DNA of 64,000 bases from Micrococcales bacterium 73-13. GTDB taxonomy: Bacteria; Actinomycetota; Actinomycetes; Actinomycetales; Microbacteriaceae. A program made the position numbers and the translations under genes. This document shows, in pieces, positions 1 through 8,184 of this stretch. Numbering within the stretch: the stretch's first letter is position 1; every line of letters starts with the position of its first letter. The stretch spans positions 9,883 to 73,882 of the forward strand of contig MKVN01000022.1 in assembly GCA_001898855.1 (NCBI GenBank), read 5' to 3'. The notes beneath the pieces were generated by a model. That model ran no database searches, was not told where the DNA came from, and saw only the letters and a list, made by a program, of their open reading frames with translations.

Positions 1-3000
1 CAGGCGTCCGGGGTCCGCGCGTCGCAGGCCTGCGTCAGCGTCGCGCCGGAGGGACCCTGCGCCGGCACCTGGCCGACGTAGAGCACGAGCGCGACGTCCT
101 TCTGGAAGTGCGGCAGCGACGGGTCCGACGGCCAGGGGTAGTCGAGGTGGATCGCGACCGTCTCGCGGGCGCCGCTCGGCGCGGTCGGGCTCACGTCGAT
201 GGTGAGCGTCAGGTCCGAGGGCGGACCGCTCGGGGTGACCGTGAACGAGCCGCCCCCGTACGTCGCGGTGAACGTCATGGTGTCCCGCCGGCCCGCGTCG
301 TCCATCGAGAAGCCGCCGGCCCAGCTCACCAGCTCGTCGTGCAGGTCGACCGTGATCCGGCCGTTCAGGATGTTCACCGTCTTCGTCACCGGCGTCAGGA
401 TCGCCAGCGGGTCCTTCGGCCGGATCGGGATCGGGACGACCACCGTCGACCAGGCGTCGTCGCCCTGCCCCGCCAGCCGCACGTCGACCGTGCAGGTGTC
501 CGACCCGATGCCGGGCGAGTAGCCGGCCGTGTACTCCAGGACGGCGCCGCCGCCGGAGCGCTGCGCGCACCGCGTCACCGCGAGCGACTCGTTGACGGAG
601 GCGCGGTGCGTCGCGAAGCTGCTGGCCGGGCTCAGCTCGAGCACGTCGCCGGCCCCGATCCCGAGCACCCCCGCGAGGTCGATCTCCCCGGTCTCCAGCT
701 CGGTGACGGGATCCGGCAGCCGGACGACCTGGAGCCGGAGGTCGTCGAGGGCGGGGATGCGCAGCAGGCCCCACGCCGACCTCGCCGCGCCGCTGGCCGG
801 GTCGACCCCGTACTCGACGCGGAACGGGATCGTCGCCCCCGCGGCGGGGATGCGGCCGCGGATCCGGGCGCCGTCGAAGGCGAAGCCGGCCGGGGCGCCG
901 GCGCCGAGCTCCGCGATGCGCAGCGCGGTCGCGTCCCCCGTCGGCCACACCACCTTCCCGCTCAGCACGTCGATGCCGCCCGCCTCGACCTGGCCGCGGG
1001 TCTGCGCCGTCACGACGGTGTCCTCGATGACGGGCTGGTTCGGCGAGTCGCCGGGCGAGACGGTGATGGCGATGACGCCCTCGGCGGTCGATCGGGTCTT
1101 CAGCGACTCGGCGGTGTAGCGGAAGTAGTAGGTGCCCGGCGCGGTCGCGTCCGTGACCCGGAAGCGCACCGAGCCGTCGGGGTAGAGCTCCGTGCTGCCG
1201 TCGGCGAGCGTCGTCGGCCGGGGCTCGACCTGCAGCGCCCGCGCCTGCTCGTAGGGCGAGCCGGCCGCGACGGCGCCGTCGGCGGAGCGCCCGGGCATGC
1301 TCGGCAGCACCTCGTACAGGATGTGCAGCCCGGAGCCGGTCGGATCGACGAGCGAGAGGGCGCCGGCCGCCGGGTCGCGGTCGTTCAGCAGCGGCTCGAC
1401 GTCGATCGGCACCGGGGCGCCGCCCGGCTCGACCTGCCGGACGCGGATCTTGTCGATGAACGTGATCGGCGCGAGGCCGTCGGGGTCCTGGGCGCTCACC
1501 GCGACCCGGACCGTGGCGGTGCCGGTCGCGCCCTCGGCGTCGCGCACGGTGTAGCCGAACTCCGCCTGCCAGCCGCCGGCCGAGAGCCCGCCGATCGCCT
1601 GCTGGTTCACCTCCGGCGCGGTGAACAGCAGCGAGGCGCCGCCCTCCCCGACCATCACCGCGCCGAGCCGCGGCTCGGCCGGCTGGGACACGCCGGTGAC
1701 CACGACGCGATCGCCGTCCGGGTCCATCGTCCCGATCGGGACCGGGATCGACACGGTGCGGCCGGCGAGCGTGCGCGCCTCCAGGTCGGCGGGCCGCGGG
1801 GCGCGGTTCGCGCCCGACGGGAGCACGGTGACGGTGACCTGGGAGCGGGCGAGCAGCTCCGGCGCGCCCTCGAGGTACGCGTAGTAGAAGACCGTGTAGG
1901 TGCCGGGGACGTCCGGGGCGACGTAGCGCAGCGTCGAGCCGGCGGAGAACGCGAGGCCCGCGCCCTCCCCGGAGGTGCTCACGTCGGGGTGCAGCACGAG
2001 CCGCTCGCCGCGCGGGGCGACGTCGTTGGCGAGCACCGCGATGTCGGCGACGTCGCCGGCGCGCACCGTCGCCGCGTCCGGCACCGCGATCGGCGGCTGG
2101 CCGGACGGCGGCACCAGGAACACGCTGACGGTGCCGCGCACCGAGTTCCCGTCGGAGTCGGCGAGCGTGAACGCGACGCTGCCGAACGGGCCGTCGGTGC
2201 GGCCGAGCCGGTCGGCGATGGCGTCGTCCAGGCCGCGCAGCCGGATCAGCGAGTGGTCGACGACGGAGGCGGCGAGCACGGTCGGGCCGCCGTTCGGCGC
2301 CGGACCGGGGGTCGCCGAGGTGACGAGCAGCACCCGGCCGGTCGTGTTCTGCACGGCGCCGAGGACGTCGATGAGCGCGTCCTCGCCCTGGCGCAGGTAG
2401 GCCGTCAGCGGCGGGACGGCGACGGCGTCCTGCTCGGCCGGCAGCACGGTGTAGCGGACGTTCACGTCGTGCTGGTTCGGAGTGGCGGCGTCCTTCACCC
2501 GGACGGAGACGATGTGCTCGCCCGGCTCCGCCGCGCGCAGCCGGATGGTGCCCTCGGCCTCGTTCCAGTCCGCGTCGAGCCGGCTGCCGACGGTGAGCTC
2601 CGTGACGTCGAGCACGTGGTAGCCGCCGGAGCCGCCGCTCGCGAACCGCGCGGCCGGCACCGTCGTCCACTCCCCCGCGCGGCCGAGCACGGCTCCGCCG
2701 CGGACGGCGAAGTCCGGCGCCGCGAGCACCTGGACGGTGAGCTCCCTCGGCTGGGACACGTCGCCGGAGGCGTCCCGGACGGTGACCAGGATCGAGTAGG
2801 AGCCGGGCGCGCGACCCGTGTCGCCGATCGCGAGCCGGCCGTCGGCGGTCGGCATGGCGACCAGCGGGGCGCCGTCCTGCGGGATCGCGGCGTCGATGAC
2901 CATCGCGTCGCCCTCGGCGTCGACCCAGCCACGGAGCACGTCGAAGGTCGCCGTGCCGCCGACCAGGATCTGCGGGCTCGGCCAGTCGACGAAGCACGGG

Positions 3001-4535
3001 TCGGGCGCGAAGTAGTCGGCGCACCACGCCGGCGCGGTGCGCTCGGTCGTCCTCAGGGCGAGCCGGACGGTCGCCGGCTCGACGCTCGCGTTCTTCCCGT
3101 CGGTGGCCCGGTAGCGGAACGACGCCGTCGGCGCGTCACCGGTCACGGTGAGCACGAGCGTCTGGTTCGCCCCGACCAGCGAGAGCGAGCCGAACGCGGG
3201 GTCGAGGCCCTCGACGGAGGCCGGGTCGATGGCGAGCACGTCCTCCGGGTTCGGGTCGTGGTCGTTGTAGAGCACCGGCAGCACGACCGTGGCGCCGGGG
3301 CGCACGCCGAACGCGTCGTCCACCGCGACCGGCGGGGCGGGCGACTCGTCGGGGACGTCGTCGTCGGCCGGAGCCGGCACCACCTCGTCGGCGGTCCACT
3401 GCCGCAGCGGGATGAGCGCGCCGTCCGGAACGCTCCAGAGCATGCCCGTCGAGCGCTCGAGCAGGACGGCGCGGTCGCCGTTGGAGACCAGCGCCGGCCG
3501 GATGCGGACGTTGTCGTCGAAGGCGCCGCCGTCGATCTCCAGCGGGATCGGCTCGGCGAGGCCGGAGACCCAGAGGCTGCCCGTGCCGCCCGAGAGCCAC
3601 GCCGCCGCCCAGCGGTCGCCGAACGCGACCGGCCGGGCCGCGACCCCGGCCGCCGCGACCTGCTCGAGCTGGGCGCCGCCGGCCAGCGCGAACCGGTGCA
3701 GCCCGTTGCTCGAGGCGACCAGGACCGCGTCGGACGCGGGACCGGACGCCTGCAGCAGCGCGTCCGCGCCGATCCCGGCCGGCAGCGCGTAGGGACCGGC
3801 GCCGTCGACCCAGAGCCGGGGCGCGTCCGCGTCCGCCTGGAGCAGCACCACGCGATCGCCGACGAACGCGAGCTGCAGCCCGCCCGGACCGGTCGGCGCG
3901 TCCGTCAGCTCGATCGTCCGCCACAGCGCGGTCGTGATGTCGAAGACGCGGATCCGCCGCTCGGCCTCCTGCGCCGAGTACAGGGCGACGCGGCCGGCCG
4001 CGGAGATCGTGGAGGCCGCGGCGGCGTAGCCCGCGGCGCCGTCCGTCCGCGGCGGCTCCAGCGGGGTCGGCGCGCGGTCGGCGGCGCTCAGCTCGGCGCC
4101 GATCGCGACCGCCGGGGCCGGGCCGGAGAACAGCACGTACCGTCCGGCGGTCTCGATCCCGGAGGTGCCCTCCGGCGCGGCGACGCCCTCGTCGGAGTCG
4201 TCGGCGACGCCCGCCTCGTCGACGTCGAGCGGCTTGGCGGCGTCGATCGGCCAGACCTTGGAGTAGCTCGCCCCGACGACGAAGGCCGAGGATCGCGCCT
4301 GCACGACGTCCGCGATCCCCGCTGCGTCGTTCACCGTCTCGATCTCGCCGATGTCGGTGTTGACCCGGGCGAACTGGCCGCCGGCGGCGTCCCTGGCGAC
4401 CCACACCGATGACTCGACGGTGGGGACGTCCTCGGCGTCGTAGCCCTGCGCCAGGACGGCGCCGCCGACCAGCAGCGTCGCCACCACGGCCCCGCTCGTC
4501 CACGCGATGATCGCGGGGGCGCGCCGCCGGGCCAT
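1..4535 (-). CDS. Giant N-terminally membrane-anchored surface protein with tandem cadherin/Ig-like repeats (partial; the C-terminal end lies beyond the left edge)
   Basis: Absent from the supplied ORF track because no stop lies inside the window. The minus-strand frame from ATG 4535-4533 (MARRRAPAIIAWTSGAVVATLLVGGAVLAQGYDAEDVP..., one TM helix) stays open to base 1, about 1511 codons. Codons are GC3-rich. Repeated motifs such as VAVDDAFGVRPGATVVLPVLYNDHDPNPEDVLAI and PIAVPDAATVRAGDVADIAVLANDVAPRGERLVL are typical of bacterial cadherin-like repeats. ATGA start/stop overlap with the kinase gene. Confidence 0.8.
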   Translation of the reverse strand, partial: MARRRAPAIIAWTSGAVVATLLVGGAVLAQGYDAEDVPTVESSVWVARDAAGGQFARVNTDIGEIETVNDAAGIADVVQARSSAFVVGASYSKVWPIDAAKPLDVDEAGVADDSDEGVAAPEGTSGIETAGRYVLFSGPAPAVAIGAELSAADRAPTPLEPPRTDGAAGYAAAASTISAAGRVALYSAQEAERRIRVFDITTALWRTIELTDAPTGPGGLQLAFVGDRVVLLQADADAPRLWVDGAGPYALPAGIGADALLQASGPASDAVLVASSNGLHRFALAGGAQLEQVAAAGVAARPVAFGDRWAAAWLSGGTGSLWVSGLAEPIPLEIDGGAFDDNVRIRPALVSNGDRAVLLERSTGMLWSVPDGALIPLRQWTADEVVPAPADDDVPDESPAPPVAVDDAFGVRPGATVVLPVLYNDHDPNPEDVLAIDPASVEGLDPAFGSLSLVGANQTLVLTVTGDAPTASFRYRATDGKNASVEPATVRLALRTTERTAPAWCADYFAPDPCFVDWPSPQILVGGTATFDVLRGWVDAEGDAMVIDAAIPQDGAPLVAMPTADGRLAIGDTGRAPGSYSILVTVRDASGDVSQPRELTVQVLAAPDFAVRGGAVLGRAGEWTTVPAARFASGGSGGYHVLDVTELTVGSRLDADWNEAEGTIRLRAAEPGEHIVSVRVKDAATPNQHDVNVRYTVLPAEQDAVAVPPLTAYLRQGEDALIDVLGAVQNTTGRVLLVTSATPGPAPNGGPTVLAASVVDHSLIRLRGLDDAIADRLGRTDGPFGSVAFTLADSDGNSVRGTVSVFLVPPSGQPPIAVPDAATVRAGDVADIAVLANDVAPRGERLVLHPDVSTSGEGAGLAFSAGSTLRYVAPDVPGTYTVFYYAYLEGAPELLARSQVTVTVLPSGANRAPRPADLEARTLAGRTVSIPVPIGTMDPDGDRVVVTGVSQPAEPRLGAVMVGEGGASLLFTAPEVNQQAIGGLSAGGWQAEFGYTVRDAEGATGTATVRVAVSAQDPDGLAPITFIDKIRVRQVEPGGAPVPIDVEPLLNDRDPAAGALSLVDPTGSGLHILYEVLPSMPGRSADGAVAAGSPYEQARALQVEPRPTTLADGSTELYPDGSVRFRVTDATAPGTYYFRYTAESLKTRSTAEGVIAITVSPGDSPNQPVIEDTVVTAQTRGQVEAGGIDVLSGKVVWPTGDATALRIAELGAGAPAGFAFDGARIRGRIPAAGATIPFRVEYGVDPASGAARSAWGLLRIPALDDLRLQVVRLPDPVTELETGEIDLAGVLGIGAGDVLELSPASSFATHRASVNESLAVTRCAQRSGGGAVLEYTAGYSPGIGSDTCTVDVRLAGQGDDAWSTVVVPIPIRPKDPLAILTPVTKTVNILNGRITVDLHDELVSWAGGFSMDDAGRRDTMTFTATYGGGSFTVTPSGPPSDLTLTIDVSPTAPSGARETVAIHLDYPWPSDPSLPHFQKDVALVLYVGQVPAQGPSGATLTQACDARTPDA

Positions 4536-5653
4536 CAGCCGATGACCCCGGTCAGCAGCAGCACGACGATCGTCGCGGCGACGATGACGCCGGCGACGAC
4601 ACCGCCGACGATCCCGGCCTTCCATCCCCCGCCGCGGGCCGCGACGACCACCTCGTCGGGGTCGCGGCTGACGCTCGGGGTCTGTCCCGCCGCGCGCGCG
4701 GCGCGGCGCGAGTCGCGGCTGACGGTCGAGATCACCGGTCCGCGCCCGTCCTGCGGCCCCGCGCTCGGCGCCGCGATGCCGCTCGCGACGTCGATCGGGG
4801 TCGGCAGCAGGCCGAGCTCCTGCTGCAGCCGACGCAGCTCCTCGGCGAGCTGCAGCATCGTCGAGGGACGCTGCTCAGGATCCTTCGCCATCGTCCGCGC
4901 GAGCAGCTGCTCGACCTGCGGCGGCACGTCGGGCCGGTGCAGCGGCGTGTAGTGCGCGCGCAGCACCCGCTCGCGCATGAGCTCGCGCGTGTTCCTCTCC
5001 CGCTCCGGGGAGGCGAACGGGCTGCGGCCGGCCAGCAGCGTGTACAGCGTCGCGCCGAGACTCCAGATCTCGCTGCGCACCGTGCCGGTGGTGCGCTCCG
5101 AGACCACCTCGGGGCTGGACCACGGGATGCTCATCGCGACCAGCTGCTCTTGGTCGTCGGGTCCCGAGGCGGAGGCGGCGATCCCGAAGTCGCCGAGCAC
5201 GGGCTGGCCGAGCTGGGTGACGAGGATGTTCGACGGCTTGACGTCCCGGTGCAGCATGCCGGCGCGGTGCGCAGTCTCGAGCGCCGCCGCCATCCGGATC
5301 CCGGTGTCGAGCACCACCGGCAGGGCGATCGGGGCGCGCCGGTACCGCTCGCCGAAGGTCTCCGGGCAGTACTCGGTGACGAGGTAGGGACGGCCGTCGG
5401 AGGAGATGCTCGCCTGGTGGATGGTCAGGATCGAGGGGTGCATCGAGAGCTGGGCCATGGCGTTCGCCTCGGCGTCGAACAGCCGCCGCGCCGCGGGGTC
5501 GATCGCGTCCGAGCTCAGCACCTTGACGGCGACGGTGCGCCTCGGCAGGTCCTGCTCGTACAGGAACACGTCGGCGAAGCCCCCGGCGCCCAGCGGGCGC
5601 AGATACGCGAACCCGGGTAGGACCGGAGGGGACGACTGCGGCGTGCGCGCCAC
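4535..5653 (-). CDS. Hanks-type Ser/Thr protein kinase, C-terminally tail-anchored
   Basis: 372-aa ORF with a GTG start at 5653 preceded by GGGAGGAGGG. Motifs: LGAGGFADV (Gly loop), VAVK, HRDVKPSN, DFG, SPE. A single hydrophobic helix sits at the extreme C terminus (GIVGGVVAGVIVAATIVVLLLTGVIG-stop). Confidence 0.95.
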   Translation of the reverse strand: MARTPQSSPPVLPGFAYLRPLGAGGFADVFLYEQDLPRRTVAVKVLSSDAIDPAARRLFDAEANAMAQLSMHPSILTIHQASISSDGRPYLVTEYCPETFGERYRRAPIALPVVLDTGIRMAAALETAHRAGMLHRDVKPSNILVTQLGQPVLGDFGIAASASGPDDQEQLVAMSIPWSSPEVVSERTTGTVRSEIWSLGATLYTLLAGRSPFASPERERNTRELMRERVLRAHYTPLHRPDVPPQVEQLLARTMAKDPEQRPSTMLQLAEELRRLQQELGLLPTPIDVASGIAAPSAGPQDGRGPVISTVSRDSRRAARAAGQTPSVSRDPDEVVVAARGGGWKAGIVGGVVAGVIVAATIVVLLLTGVIG

Positions 5654-5911
5654 TCGCGGCCCTCCTCCCAGGCTGTCATCGTAACTTTCACCGCCCGACA
5701 GACGAAGACTCCCCGCGCACCCGCCAGAGCCCGGTTACCCTTGCTGCGTCTCCGCCCTGGGGGAGTTGGCCTGGATGGCGCCACGCGGGGAGCCGTCCTC
5801 GATCCTACCGGTGCTCCGGCCGTCGCGCGGAGCGGTCGCCGGCGCGAACCGCCGGGCCGGGACGGCAGGGTAGACTCGTCGGCGGTCTCCGGGCGATCCT
5901 CGGGACCACCC

Positions 5912-5996
5912 GGAGGTGTCGCCTAGTGGCCTATGGCGCACGCTTGGAAAGCGTGTTGGGTGCAAGCCCTCGGGGGTTCGAATCCCCCCTCCTCCG
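5912..5996 (+). tRNA. tRNA-Ser, anticodon GGA
   Basis: Cloverleaf read by eye. Acceptor GGAGGTG/CTCCTCC (one T-T mismatch), D-arm GCCTAGTGGCCTATGGC, anticodon loop TTGGAAA (GGA), long variable arm (GTGTTGGGTGCAAGCCCTC) typical of class II tRNA-Ser, T-arm GGGGGTTCGAATCCCCC, discriminator G. Confidence 0.92.
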
Positions 5997-6087
5997 CCGC
6001 GAAGACCAGGACTCCTCCCGAGCGCCGTCCCGCTCGTCGGCAGGATGCCATGGCGCGCCGGAACCGGCCCCTCGGACCCTCCGGGAT

Positions 6088-6114
6088 CCGCCGAGGCCGG
6101 CCGCCGCTCGGCGG
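6088..6114. terminator. GC-rich hairpin between the convergent tRNA-Ser and SHOCT gene
   Basis: CCGCCGAG (6088-6095) and CTCGGCGG (6107-6114) are perfect 8-bp complementary arms with an 11-nt loop. The hairpin starts 1 nt after the SHOCT gene stop codon. No T-tract, as is common in actinobacteria. Confidence 0.4.
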
Positions 6115-6115
6115 C

Positions 6116-6394
6116 TCAGCCGGCGGCGAGGATGCGCTGCTTCTGCGCCTCGAACTCCGCCTCGCTGAGGACGCCGGCGTCGCGGAGCTGCCCGAGCTGC
6201 TGCAGCTGGTCGAGCATGGACGAGGCGGCGGGCTCGGCGGCGGGAGCCGGGGCGACGGGCGGCGGCGCTGCCGGGGCCGCGGCGGCCTGCGCCGCGGCAT
6301 CCGCGGCGCTCCAGCGCTGCTGCTGACGACGGTGGACGTTGCCGACCACGTGGGCGGCGACCCCGGCGCGCGCGGCGGTGCGTAGCAGTCCCAT
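6116..6394 (-). CDS. SHOCT domain-containing small protein
   Basis: Internal ATG at 6394 of the 114-aa track ORF (MGLLRTAARAG...). The C terminus LDQLQQLGQLRDAGVLSEAEFEAQKQRILAAG matches the SHOCT motif. ATGA overlap with the upstream gene; Ala/Pro-rich linker. Confidence 0.75.
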   Translation of the reverse strand: MGLLRTAARAGVAAHVVGNVHRRQQQRWSAADAAAQAAAAPAAPPPVAPAPAAEPAASSMLDQLQQLGQLRDAGVLSEAEFEAQKQRILAAG

Positions 6395-6834
6395 CAGTGC
6401 TCCTCCTCCGTGGTCTCGAGCGCGTGCTCGAGCTCGTCGATCGCGATGCCGCCGGCCCACAGCAGCCGGCCGCCGTTGCCGACGACGCTGTCGGCAACGG
6501 CGGCGAGGCTGCGGTCCTCGTACACGATCGCGATCGCGAGCTCGTCGCCGGTGAGCTCCGCGGCGACCGAAGCGAGGTCGTCGGCGTCGAACAGGTCCGA
6601 CTCCGCGCCGTTGTAGACGGCGAAGTCGAACGCCTCGCCGTGGTCGAGGACGCCGACCGGGCGGCGCACCGGCCGGCCCGAGTCGTCGAGCCCGATCACC
6701 TCGAGGTCGAGGATCTCGATGGCGCCGGCGTCGATCCGCTCGAGCAGCAGGCGCAGCGCGGCGCTCACGTCGGCGGTGCCCGGCACGACGAACACGGCGT
6801 AGTCGACCGGTCCGCTGTAGGTCTCGCTGGTCAT
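6394..6834 (-). CDS. Acidic conserved hypothetical protein, DUF6325-like
   Basis: Start refined to ATG 6834 (MTSETYSGPVDYAVFVVPG...), with GAGGAG 9 nt upstream. The GPV(D/E)Y-VF-PG ... AGAIEILDLEVI pattern resembles the DUF6325 family that is commonly paired with SHOCT proteins. The family assignment is from memory, not from a search. Confidence 0.65.
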   Translation of the reverse strand: MTSETYSGPVDYAVFVVPGTADVSAALRLLLERIDAGAIEILDLEVIGLDDSGRPVRRPVGVLDHGEAFDFAVYNGAESDLFDADDLASVAAELTGDELAIAIVYEDRSLAAVADSVVGNGGRLLWAGGIAIDELEHALETTEEEH

Positions 6835-7009
6835 GTCCTGCTGCTCCTCATCCTGGTCGAGGTCATCGGTCGCGGCGCCGCTCAGCTGGGGGTCCAGCTG
6901 TCCGCCGAGCATTCGCAGAAGCACGGCGAGACGGTCGGGGGCAGACTATTGGCCCGGCCCGAGAGCCGGAGGACCGCCCCCTACCTCGACGGGTGCCGCC
7001 CCGGAGCGG

Positions 7010-7050
7010 CGTCGGCGGCGCGGGACCGCGCCGGGCCCGCGCCGCCGACG
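7010..7050 (-). terminator. Perfect 15-bp-stem hairpin in the 337-bp gap downstream of the 7172-8128 gene
   Basis: CGTCGGCGGCGCGGG (7010-7024) and CCCGCGCCGCCGACG (7036-7050) are exact reverse complements with an 11-nt loop. No T-tract. Confidence 0.3.
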
Positions 7051-7171
7051 GGATTCCGCGGGGCCGCGCCTCGCCTCGCGGTCCGGAGGGGACGGCGCCG
7101 GCCGATCGCGGCATCCGTTCCGCCCGGAGAATCCCCTAGCAGTAGGGAGCCGACGGACCGCGGGTCGCGCC

Positions 7172-8128
7172 TCAGGCCGCGGCGCGATACCGCAGATCCG
7201 AGAGCCGGCCCTCGGAGACGACCCAGAGCCGGTCCTTCGTCGGATCGCCCGTCACGGAGCCGACGGCCTTGCGCCCGTCCGGGATCGCGGCCCCGGCGGC
7301 GCAGTAGAGCAGCGCGACGCTGCTGCGCCCCGACCGGAACTCGTCCGTCTGGTAGCAGTCGCCGATCGCCGTCTCGCCGCCCGCGAGCCGGACGACGTCG
7401 CCGCCCGGCAGCGTCGCCTCCGGCCAGGCGATGGCGAGGCAGGCCGAGCCGTCGCTCGCGCACCAGCGCCCCTCCGCCTCGCGGAAGCCGAGCAGCCTCG
7501 CGGCGAGCACCGCGGCGGTCTGGTCGGTGAGCCCCCGGGTGCCGGCGACGACGTCGTCCACCGTCACGGCGCTGCCGGCCAGCAGCGCGCGGGCGGCGTC
7601 GATGCGCGCCTGCAGCTCGACGCGCAGGCCGTCGTCGGAGACGCGGCCCTCGGTGTCCGCGTTCACCTGCACCGCGGTGCCGATGACCGCGGAGAGATCG
7701 GTCTGCGCGTCCGACAGGGCCTTCGCGCTGCGGGAGCGGGTCACCCGGTCGATCGCGTCGAGCAGACGGCCCCTGGCCGCCTCCGCGCCGGCCGGCGTGC
7801 CGACGGCGCCGGCCTCGACGAGCGCCCCGAGGAGGGCCGAGTACGCCTGCGGGTCGGCGAGCTGGTCGGCGGTCGTCGCCGCCGCGAGCGCCGAGCCCTG
7901 GTCGATCGCCGCCGCGAGCGCAGTGGCGGCGTCGCCGGCGAGCGGGCCGGCCGGCGGACCGGCGGCGCCCCCGGCTCCGAGGACGCCGACGGCGCGGCCG
8001 CCGAGGAGCGCGAGCACGACCACGACGATGCCGGCGAGCACCGCGACGGCGGCACCGCCCCACAGCCACCACGGCGACGGCGGCCGGCGGCCCGCGGGCG
8101 CGTCGAGCACCGCGGTCTTCCCGTCCAT
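7172..8128 (-). CDS. Membrane-anchored hypothetical protein (one N-terminal TM helix, Ala-rich helical region, Cys-containing C-terminal domain)
   Basis: Start refined to ATG 8128 (MDGKTAVLDAPAGRRPPSPWWLWGGAAVAVLAGIVVVVLALLGG...). The longer track ORF has an Arg-rich implausible N terminus. GC3-rich codons. No family recognised. Confidence 0.6.
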   Translation of the reverse strand: MDGKTAVLDAPAGRRPPSPWWLWGGAAVAVLAGIVVVVLALLGGRAVGVLGAGGAAGPPAGPLAGDAATALAAAIDQGSALAAATTADQLADPQAYSALLGALVEAGAVGTPAGAEAARGRLLDAIDRVTRSRSAKALSDAQTDLSAVIGTAVQVNADTEGRVSDDGLRVELQARIDAARALLAGSAVTVDDVVAGTRGLTDQTAAVLAARLLGFREAEGRWCASDGSACLAIAWPEATLPGGDVVRLAGGETAIGDCYQTDEFRSGRSSVALLYCAAGAAIPDGRKAVGSVTGDPTKDRLWVVSEGRLSDLRYRAAA

Positions 8129-8184
8129 GGGCCGCCAGCCTAAGCGGGCAGCCTGACAGCCCGCCGACCCGGATCGGCGATCGA

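Noticed and set aside
108-4412. 1434-aa plus-strand ORF, with smaller ORFs such as 3136-4503 (minus strand), covering the left 4.5 kb
   Set aside because: The translation is dominated by Arg/Gly/Asp/Pro runs with no domain-like sequence. It is an alternative-frame shadow of the real minus-strand giant gene (frame starting at 4535), which gives a coherent repeat-protein translation with GC3-rich codons.
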